Positions 10,578 to 19,400 of a stretch of DNA of 64,000 nucleotides are shown here, in pieces (position 1 is the first letter of the stretch; every line of letters begins with the position of its first letter). Made by a program: the position numbers and the translations under genes. The DNA is from Methanotrichaceae archaeon (GTDB taxonomy: Archaea > Halobacteriota > Methanosarcinia > Methanotrichales > Methanotrichaceae). The notes beneath the pieces were generated by a model. That model worked only from the letters and a program-made list of their open reading frames with translations, was not told the DNA's origin and made no database searches. The stretch is from contig CAWDLW010000015.1 in NCBI GenBank assembly GCA_963803145.1, positions 192,001 through 256,000 of the forward strand. Reading direction: 5' to 3'.

Positions 10578-11472
10578 CGGTATCCATTAGAGATACCTCG
10601 GGCTGGGCTTTGTAAGCAATAGGGATGATTTTCTTCTCAAGAACATCTATCACTACCGGCTCATACATTGGAACATACTTATCCCCCGGCATAGCAAACC
10701 TGTAAGTCCAAGGTCTGGGCCTGGAGCTGTTATCAGGCACATACTGGAGGAGATACAATGGAGTAACATTACTCTGATTCATCCTGAATGTAGCAATTCT
10801 TCTGGAATCCGGAGACCACACGGCATAAGGCATTGGCGTATCATTCAGCCTGACCTGGCTGATCGGGTGCAAGACTGTGTCGGATCTCGTTGCATAAGCG
10901 TAGTCTTTAGATCCGTCGGTAGTCAGAGGATACTTCTCGCCGGCAGATATATCCCTGATCCATAGGTTATAGTCATGGACGTAGGCTGCCATGCTTCCGT
11001 CAGGGGAGAGCCCTTCACCAGGCCTAGCGTCCCTATCAGTGGATACCTCAGAGATACTATAGCTCTGAAGATTACACTGCCAGGTTTTGTTAAAGGCAGA
11101 GAACCTGATATTGCCCTTCATAAAGGTTATATAAGAAAATGGCAGGTTCGATGGATCTACTCGATCACCGGAGATTGCAGCAAGCACTTTAGCAAGTGCT
11201 GTTTGATTAAAGGCGAATTCCTTAGTCCTGTTTTTAATATCCACCAGGATGAACTGCTTGCCTTCACGACTTATTCTCAAATACCAGAAGGAAGAGGATC
11301 CATCTATCCAGTTAGGAGTGATGCTGACGTTATAGAGGGTCGGGATTACATTAGCTGGCACGAACTGCTCTGCCCGAGCATAGTCAGTGGTATTGTTAAG
11401 ACTGAAAGCAGGGGGAATGAGCACCAAAGCGGCTATCAGGAGCCAATAGAAGAGTAAGCGCATAACGTACAC
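10570..11472 (-). CDS. S9/DPP IV-family peptidase, N-terminal fragment (signal peptide plus propeller)
   Basis: SPDGSMAAYVHDYNLW, LTTDG, WSPDS; ends at TGA overlapping the next fragment. Confidence 0.8.
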   Translation of the reverse strand: MYVMRLLFYWLLIAALVLIPPAFSLNNTTDYARAEQFVPANVIPTLYNVSITPNWIDGSSSFWYLRISREGKQFILVDIKNRTKEFAFNQTALAKVLAAISGDRVDPSNLPFSYITFMKGNIRFSAFNKTWQCNLQSYSISEVSTDRDARPGEGLSPDGSMAAYVHDYNLWIRDISAGEKYPLTTDGSKDYAYATRSDTVLHPISQVRLNDTPMPYAVWSPDSRRIATFRMNQSNVTPLYLLQYVPDNSSRPRPWTYRFAMPGDKYVPMYEPVVIDVLEKKIIPIAYKAQPEVSLMDTDE

Positions 11473-11592
11473 TTGTTCACTTGCTTTAATTAACTTATCA
11501 TTACCGATAAATTAAATTCTTCAGAGAACAACTATAATAATTGCACTACTTATAATTGAAAAATGGTAGAAGATGAAGGCTTTTGGCCTTCA

Positions 11593-13224
11593 TCAACTTG
11601 CTTTTGCCGCATTTGGAAACGCCCTTGATGGCGTATTCGGGTACTTGAGCATGCTGGCAACAAGTTGCCTATAAATCTTTATTCCGGCGTTTTCAACGAA
11701 ATCATGCTCCCCAGCAATGTTATGCTGCTCGCCCGGATCTATCTCGATGTTGTAGACCGCGGGGATTTGGCCGTAATCGCTCTCAGGACCCTGGAATGAG
11801 TCATAGGCTTTGTAATGAATCTTGAACTGATGCCAGCGTATGGCCCCGGGATAGGCCTGGGCTGAGCTATCAGCCCCGAAATACCACACGACCCATTCTC
11901 TGTTGGAATTATTTTGTTTTCCTAATAGGAAATTCGATTGGTCTATTCCATCGATGGGCCTATCCGTGGGGACCTTTCCTCCCCCGAGGGCTGCAAATGT
12001 GCTGAAGAGATCAAGGGTACACATGATCCCATTAGACACCCCGCCGGCTTCGATCTTCCCAGGCCATCGGATTATACAGGGAACGCGCACACCGCCTTCG
12101 TAGGCTGTACCTATTCCGCCACGGAATGGCGAATAGCCCGAATCAGGCCATTGGTCAAGCGTTGGTCCATTATCGCTTGTCATAACGATTATGGTGTTAT
12201 TATCTAACCCCGCTTCTCGGACGGCATCAATAATTTGGCCGACGTAAGAGTCCATCTCCATTAATCCATCGCCATATGGGCCTTTGCTGGACTTTCCTGC
12301 CCATTTTGGATTTTGGACACTGGGGAAATGAGTCCGGGCAAAGGCCATGTATAGGAAGAAGGGCTTAGTGGAGTTCGACTGATTCTGGATATACGCGATA
12401 GCTTTGCCTACGTTTTTCTCATCAACAAATGCCATCGAAGTCAGGTTTAATGGCTCCACGAGTGTAAGGTTCTCGCCTTTCTTTGCCTCTACCAGGCCAT
12501 AAATTGGCTTTCCCAACTCTGAATCTGGATCGTATCCAAGGCGTTCCGGCTGACTGTAGGCATTGAAGTGATATAATTGCCCAAAGAACTCATCGAAACC
12601 CATATTTTGAGGCTCGCTTTCATTGATATCGCCCATGTGCCACTTGCCAAAGATAGCGGTTCTATAGCCCGCATTGGACAGCACTTTAGCAATGGTGGTC
12701 TCATTAGGAGATATGCCCGCACCAACACCAGGTGGCGTGGCCATGTTCATGCCCGTTCTGATCGGGAGCCGCCCTGTCAACATGGCCGCCCTGGTGGGAG
12801 TGCATTGCGTCTCCGAGTAGAAGGATGTTAGCCTGAGGCCCTCTTTGGCCATCTGATCCATCCTGGGTGTCGGTGCGCCTAATACAGCGCCGCCGCCATA
12901 GCAGCCTGGATCCATATAGCCCATGTTATCGGCCATCATGATTATTATATTCGGCCTAGGTGCTGGAGCGACATCCTCGTGGACTACCTGCTGAAGGCTC
13001 GCATTCTTGGATAAAACATTTTTCCTATTCGTTACCGCGTCTACTCCTATATTCTCTGAGGCTATTGCGTTATTACCATTTGCTTCAGGAGCAGTCGAGT
13101 TGCTTATTTTTAGATCTAAGGGTATTGGAGATAATCCTGTGTTACTGGAATCTAGACTGCAGCTGGCAACTGAAATTAGAAAAATACAGCCAATTGCTAG
13201 TGTACATATGGATCGATATCTAAT
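11593..13224 (-). CDS. Secreted Cys-type arylsulfatase; proposed ATT start at 13224 (ORF-track start 12939 is internal)
   Basis: RPNIIIMMADNMG, CTPTR, LTGR, GKWH, SDNG; 95 extra in-frame codons upstream, including a signal peptide. Confidence 0.9.
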   Translation of the reverse strand: MRYRSICTLAIGCIFLISVASCSLDSSNTGLSPIPLDLKISNSTAPEANGNNAIASENIGVDAVTNRKNVLSKNASLQQVVHEDVAPAPRPNIIIMMADNMGYMDPGCYGGGAVLGAPTPRMDQMAKEGLRLTSFYSETQCTPTRAAMLTGRLPIRTGMNMATPPGVGAGISPNETTIAKVLSNAGYRTAIFGKWHMGDINESEPQNMGFDEFFGQLYHFNAYSQPERLGYDPDSELGKPIYGLVEAKKGENLTLVEPLNLTSMAFVDEKNVGKAIAYIQNQSNSTKPFFLYMAFARTHFPSVQNPKWAGKSSKGPYGDGLMEMDSYVGQIIDAVREAGLDNNTIIVMTSDNGPTLDQWPDSGYSPFRGGIGTAYEGGVRVPCIIRWPGKIEAGGVSNGIMCTLDLFSTFAALGGGKVPTDRPIDGIDQSNFLLGKQNNSNREWVVWYFGADSSAQAYPGAIRWHQFKIHYKAYDSFQGPESDYGQIPAVYNIEIDPGEQHNIAGEHDFVENAGIKIYRQLVASMLKYPNTPSRAFPNAAKAS

Positions 13225-13599
13225 ACAGATCCCCTCTAGTTTCCCATATTAAGCTCATATGTATAAATAGATTTTTGAAAATGGTTAGCAAAAGAGTGAA
13301 AGAAAATAAGCATTTTTTTCGAGTCTGTGAAATATACTGAAATATATAATGCACCATACTTCTAAACACATAAATATGTAAAAATTGAGTGATGCTATGA
13401 GAGTAATAGTCAATCTTAATTTTACATTGGCTGTGCCCGATGGTTAATCATGACAAGTGTTGACGCTCCCGCACATGAAACCCAAAGCTTCTACGGCCTT
13501 TCAACCAATAAGCTACATCTCTTGGGCTTTGCATATGCTAAGCGTAATTTGATTTAACCCTGATCTCCGGCTTTTCTCTTTAGCCAATCTAAACTACCC

Positions 13600-13962
13600 T
13601 CACAGTTTAGCCACCGGCAGAGTTGCACCACTCGTAACTCCACCAATGTCGACCATTGCACCATCATTGTTATCGGCTAATCCAAGAGGATACAGCCCAC
13701 AGGCGGACATTGAATTGCATACAAATTCATTGAGCGTTATATTAAGGCTAGGCCTGGTTCCACTGAGATATGCCATTCCATTGCTTATTTCACCAGCAGG
13801 AAAAACGCCGGCCCCATCATTGATTATTCCGATTGTTCCCGGAACTCCATTTGGAACTAATCCACTAGATCCAATCACTATGGGTGCTTGCCCAAACGAA
13901 GACGAACAGCAAATTAGCATCATGATGAAAATCATGATTATTGGTTTCGCTTTTCTCATCAT
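13600..13962 (-). CDS. Small secreted hypothetical protein
   Basis: GGAGGG RBS, MMRKAK plus hydrophobic signal, Gly-rich mature part. Confidence 0.6.
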   Translation of the reverse strand: MMRKAKPIIMIFIMMLICCSSSFGQAPIVIGSSGLVPNGVPGTIGIINDGAGVFPAGEISNGMAYLSGTRPSLNITLNEFVCNSMSACGLYPLGLADNNDGAMVDIGGVTSGATLPVAKL

Positions 13963-14193
13963 CTTACTTCCCTCCAATTTTTATCATATTGCTTGTTGAC
14001 TATATAGAAGCTTCTTGTATATCACCATTTTGTCCTAGACTAATGGTAATGCCAATTGATGCATTAATTGGGCAAAAGGCTACAAAGACATGTTGCTACA
14101 TTCTAACTACTGGCCCTTTGACATATTAGATTACCGGAAGTGCTGTCTCCATGACTTGGAAAGTTGCAGCTGCAAAATTGCATTTAGCCCGGC

Positions 14194-15144
14194 TTATCTG
14201 CTAGGATTTCTGATAACTCCCTGGTCAAACCTATGAGAAGGCCTCAGGAAAGATGCTACAGCGGCTACCAGAGAGACTATGAATGAGACCAGAAAGACCT
14301 CATGCATGCCCATCTCGAAGTCTATGAGCGATGTGCCGCTCATGCCACCTCCATAGAGGAAGACGTGGAACATCACATCGAATGGTATGCGGCTGAGCAC
14401 GAGAGGGAAGCCTATGGCTATGCTGAGCATGCTGCCTGTGTTCATGAGCATAACGTTTGTGCCCGAGGCTATGCCCCTCTTTTCTGGAGGCACAGATGAC
14501 ATGATGGAGTTTGTATTGGGGGAAGCAAACAGGCCTGATCCACCACCCATGAGGATCATGTACAAAGCAAGCCACCAGTAAGATGTGGTGCTTACCACCG
14601 TTGTCAAGCCCAGGAGACCAAGGGCCGATACCAGAAGGCCAGCAGTTGCCAGCCCCCTAGAGCCATATCTGTCTGAGAGGTGGCCCGAGACTGGCCCCAC
14701 CAGCATGAATGCCGCTCCAAAGGGTGCCATCATTATGCCAGCAGTGAGCGGGTCCTCTCCATATGGGCCCTGGAGGAAGAAGATCAGGATAAAGAGAACC
14801 GCGCCTCTGGCTAGGCTGTTTAGGAACCTGGCAACTGACGCATAGGCGAAGAGCCTATCATTAAAGAGCTTGAAGTCCATCATAGGCTGCTCTACTTTGC
14901 GCTCCAATGCAAAGAATGCCGCCAGACCAATGACCGCACAGACAAAAAGGATATAGACATACATAATGCTTATCAGCGGAAAGGCCGCGAGGGAGACTGC
15001 CAAAAGCAACGATCCCAGCACCAGCAAGATATCACCAGGAGATATGTCAAACGCTTCCCTTGCTTCCTTGGGTATTACAATTTGACCACGCTCTCCTACC
15101 TTAACGCTTCCAAAGATCCGTAAGTCTTTCTTAGAGGTCTCCAT
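14194..15144 (-). pseudogene. In-frame chimera of an AbrB/SpoVT-family regulator N-terminus and the C-terminal half of a DHA2 MFS transporter (probable deletion product)
   Basis: IFGSVKVGERGQIVIPKEAREAFDISPGDILLVLG joins directly to MFS TM8-14 (GHLSDRYGSR, GLFASPNTNSIMSSVP). Confidence 0.7.
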
Positions 15145-15213
15145 TCCTTTGTTCTCAGATTCTTCATATCAAATCACTGATAGAATCTGATTCTTTCGTT
15201 GAGTTGTAATCCT

Positions 15214-16260
15214 TCAAGACGAAATAGCATCTTGGCAATCGCAGCTTACCTCTTTATAAATATAATACCTGAGCGGTATTTCGGCATTTACTGTGCTCTG
15301 ATCTGCAGTTCTTACATGGAAGTTCTTCATCAGAGGAATATCCACGTTTTTAGCAAGGACTATTTGATTATCTTTGTTGTCCATTGTTATAGCCATGCTA
15401 GTCGGGTCAACAGTTCTTATACTCAGTTTATCATATTGCTGGTCTACTTTGATTGAGATAGGGCTATCTGAGATCTGGAATATCCCATCTATTATGGCAT
15501 TAGCCTTCGAGTCGGTCTTGATAGCATCCTTTAAGTGGACGGCAATGATGACGATATCCTTAGTTGCTCCTAGATCTGTTTTGAAGTAATAGGTTTGATC
15601 TGATGTTGTCGCACTATCCATAGATAGTCGAACGATGTTGGTATCGACCGTTTGGTTATTCTTTCTGAGCTCCAGTAACACACCTTTGCTATCAGTATCT
15701 ATGCCATTCAAGAAAAGCTCATAGCCCTCCTTAAGTTTTAGGGGATTATCTGAGGATATCGCCATCTCAGAGTCATCATCCATCAGAACCGTGCTGAGTT
15801 GCTCATTGGTCATCAAGTTTGTATTTTCAGATTTATTATAAAGTATCGGCACAGCCACATTAGATGCAGACATTGCAGCAGTTGTTTGGCGACTATAAGC
15901 AGCAAAATCTCTATCGCCAAGGAATCCGATCACATAATATTGGCCCCATGGCTTGAACTTGAAGTTCACTGTTTGAGCTTCGGTCTGGTAGACTACACCC
16001 CTGTAGCCTTCCGCATCCTCTATATCGCTAAGAGTGCTGCTACTATTTTCCGAAATGCTAGACAGCCTAAACGTGAGCCTCTCTGTCCCGATATTCTTGT
16101 CTAGATCATAAAATAAACCGGCAAAGTTGCTATGATCCCAGCTAAATTGGTTCATGCCAAGATCTGCAACTGCGCCAGCTATATCTACTTTATTAGATGC
16201 CGAGCCGATCAACGATACTGAGATCATTACAAAAAGCACTACATATATATTTGCTCTCAT
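15214..16260 (-). CDS. S-layer-domain protein (single Methanosarcinales-type DUF1608 domain)
   Basis: WDHSNFAGLFYDLDKNIGTERLTF, YYVIGFLG, PLKLKEGYEL, IDGIFQIS, LRYYIYKE; signal peptide. Confidence 0.85.
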   Translation of the reverse strand: MRANIYVVLFVMISVSLIGSASNKVDIAGAVADLGMNQFSWDHSNFAGLFYDLDKNIGTERLTFRLSSISENSSSTLSDIEDAEGYRGVVYQTEAQTVNFKFKPWGQYYVIGFLGDRDFAAYSRQTTAAMSASNVAVPILYNKSENTNLMTNEQLSTVLMDDDSEMAISSDNPLKLKEGYELFLNGIDTDSKGVLLELRKNNQTVDTNIVRLSMDSATTSDQTYYFKTDLGATKDIVIIAVHLKDAIKTDSKANAIIDGIFQISDSPISIKVDQQYDKLSIRTVDPTSMAITMDNKDNQIVLAKNVDIPLMKNFHVRTADQSTVNAEIPLRYYIYKEVSCDCQDAISS

Positions 16261-16470
16261 ACAGAACCTTCCTGAATTCCTAATAATTTTGCCTGATGAT
16301 AGCGCTTTAGATGATGGTGTTAGTCATTTTATACATACCTACAGGAGCCGGGATTAGATCCAATTTCCCAGCTCCATGGCTTGAACAAAGCTAGTCTAGC
16401 CGACCTCTGGCCTATGGCTCACTTTCTGCACCTGGTGCACAAAAGTCCCTATTTTTCTTTCTGATTATAT

Positions 16471-19400
16471 CTATTTCATACTTTGTTTTTCGACTCCAAA
16501 ATTAAGATCTGTTATCGAATCTGCGGATAAGTTGACTGAGAGCATCCCTCCTTTTGGAGCAGTCTGATTCCATCCGGGTTTTAGAACTTCTCGGATATTA
16601 TATTCACCAGGAGTCAGATAGGGGAAGATATACTTGCCTTCTTTGCCTGTGGTGTTGGTGGCAAGCACCTTGGCTGCAGCAGTCTCTAGTTGGATGGTCC
16701 AGCCCGCCAATCCTCGCTCTTCGGAACTCCAAACTCCATCCCCATTAGTATCGTTAAACATAGCCCCAGAGATAGAAAGCGCCCACCTATTGCCGAAGTC
16801 CATGCCGCTGGCATTTCCTCCCGTGAGGTTAATAAGGCGGAATTCCGCGCGCGGAAGAGTGCGAGTCCAGCCATGCCGCTGCTCCTCTGTCAAGTTATAG
16901 ATGCCGGGAGATAGGTGAATTATTGAATATGAGCCGTCTGACTTGGTGAGATTGGTTGCATTAAATGTCCCATTTTGCATCTGAAGCCTGATCTCCCAAC
17001 CTCCTAGGCCCTTTTCCGTTGATTCCTTTATTCCGTTGCCATTTGTATCGTTGAACTTAATACCGGAGATCGCCCTAATCCCACGATTGCCGAAATTGAT
17101 GCTGCTAGCATTGTATCTGGTAAGGTTGATCGACAAAGGACTGCTGATAGGAGCTGTCCTGGCCCATCCCGGCTTTGGAATCTGGCTGATGAAATACCTT
17201 CCAGGTGTCAGATTGGTGAAGTTATACGCTCCATCCTTATTTGTAGTCGCTTCAGCTATTATTTTTCCCAATGGCCTCTCCAAATTTATGATCCAGCCGG
17301 ACAATCCCACTTCTCCAGCTTCAATTCTTCCGTTTCCATTGGCATCGTTGAACTCGGTTCCCGAAATGCTCAAGGCTCCACGGTTGCCGAAGTCAATACT
17401 GGAGTTGGCAAGGCTAAGTGCCGCTCCATAAGCCTTCTCGATAGGAGCAGTCTGGGACCAGCCGATCTGCTGCTCCTCAGAGAGATTATAGGTTCCCGGC
17501 TGCAGATTGCCAAAGAAGTAGACGCCAGTCTTGTTTGTGGTATTTGTGGCCAGCACTGTTCCAGCTTGCAGCAGATGGATTGTCCAGCCAGGCATGCCTT
17601 TTTCATCTTTTTCCTTTATCCCGTTTCCATTGGTATCATTGAACTTGAAACCTGAGATGGACAGAATGCCTCTATTGCCGAAGTCCAGACCACTAGCATC
17701 GGACATAGTCAGAGTCACAGACCAGACCCTGCTTCTGGGTGCGGTCACTCTCCATCCAGGCTTTTGAACCTCTCTGACGGTATACCTCCCTGGTGGCAGG
17801 AAACTGAAAGAATATGCCCCAGAGGCTGAGGTGATGTTCCTGGCAATGACCTGGCCAGAAGGCTGCTCAAGGTTTATGACCCAACCCGAGAGTCCCGGCT
17901 CACCTGGATCTCTGACTCTATTGCCGTTTCTATCATTGAACTTTGTTCCGGAAATGGTTAATGCTCCACGGTTTCCGAAGTCCACATTCCTGGCATCTGC
18001 AAGGCTCAAGTTGACTGTCCGAATCCCTCCTACAGGGGCTGTTTGAGTCCAGCCTGGAATGAGAACCTCTGTCAAATTGAAAGTCCAAGGCTCCAGGTTC
18101 TCGAACTTATAAGTGCCGTCGGAGCCTGTAATTGTGGTTGCAATTATTCCTCCGGCAGGGGCCTGAAGATTTATTGTCCATCCGGAAAGTCCTCTTTCAC
18201 CAGGATCTAGGACTCCATTGCCATTTCTATCGTCGAACTTAATTCCTGAAATCTTTCGTATGCCTCGGTTTCCAAAGTCGATGCCAGTGATGCCTGTATC
18301 CGCGGCTTTAAGCTCAATCCTGTGATATCCGCCAGCAGGAGCGGTTTGAGCCCACCCTTGCTGCAGTATCTCTTTAACATAGTAAGCGCCTGGTCCTAGA
18401 TTGGCGAAGCTGTAAGCTCCGCCCGGGCCGGTGATGGCAGTACTGAGGAGGTTTCCTGGAGGATACTCCAGATAGACGACCCAGCCCGGCAGTCCAAGCT
18501 CTCCAGGGTCAAAGACTTTGTTGCCATTGGCATCATCGAACTTGGCTCCGGAGATTGTCATGGTGCCAATGTTTCCGAAGTCTACTCCGCCCACAACGGA
18601 ATCGGCATCTGTGATTACTACCACCCTGACGCCACCAGCTGGAACTGTCGGGATCCAGCCTGGCTGAAGAACCTCGGATACCGTGTAAGTGCCTGGCTTA
18701 AGCTTTGAGAAACCATAAGAACCGTCGAGGCCAGTTGTTGCATCAACTGTGGTTCCATCTGGTTTGGTCAGACGGATGGTGAAACCCTCCAGTCCGGGCT
18801 CTCTTTCATCCTTGACACCATCAGCGTTCAGATCATAAAACTTCATTCCCGATATGGATTTATCCCCTTCGCCACCGGAGATCTCGATCCGGTTGCCAAA
18901 ATCAATGCCTGTCGCATCATAGTCCTTCAGCTCCACCCTCTGTGCACCCGAACCCTTAGATGGAGCAGTCTGGGTCCATGGATACTTCTGAGCCTCTCGG
19001 ACCCAATAAACGCCCGGCTGCAGATCTTTGAAGCTGTAGGAGCCGTCACTTCCAGTGACCGTCCTGGCTATCTCGCTTCCTTCAGGCTGCTCAAGAATTA
19101 TTGTCCAATTTCCCAAACCCTCCTCGTAATAACCTTTGATTCCGTCCCCATTTGAGTCGTTGAACTTCATTCCTGAAATGGAGAGAGCTCCCATATTCGC
19201 AAAGTCGATGCCTTCAGAATTGGTATTGGGGTCAAGATCTACATACTGAATTCCATTGTCAGGTTTGACTGGCTTCCAGCCCGGCTTCGCCTCTTCTCTG
19301 ACCACATACTTCCCAGGAGCAAGCTTGGTGAACGAATAGGTTCCGTTGGGCGATCCGCTCAAGCCTCCGGGCGATGTAGTCGTCTTGGCAACGACATTGC

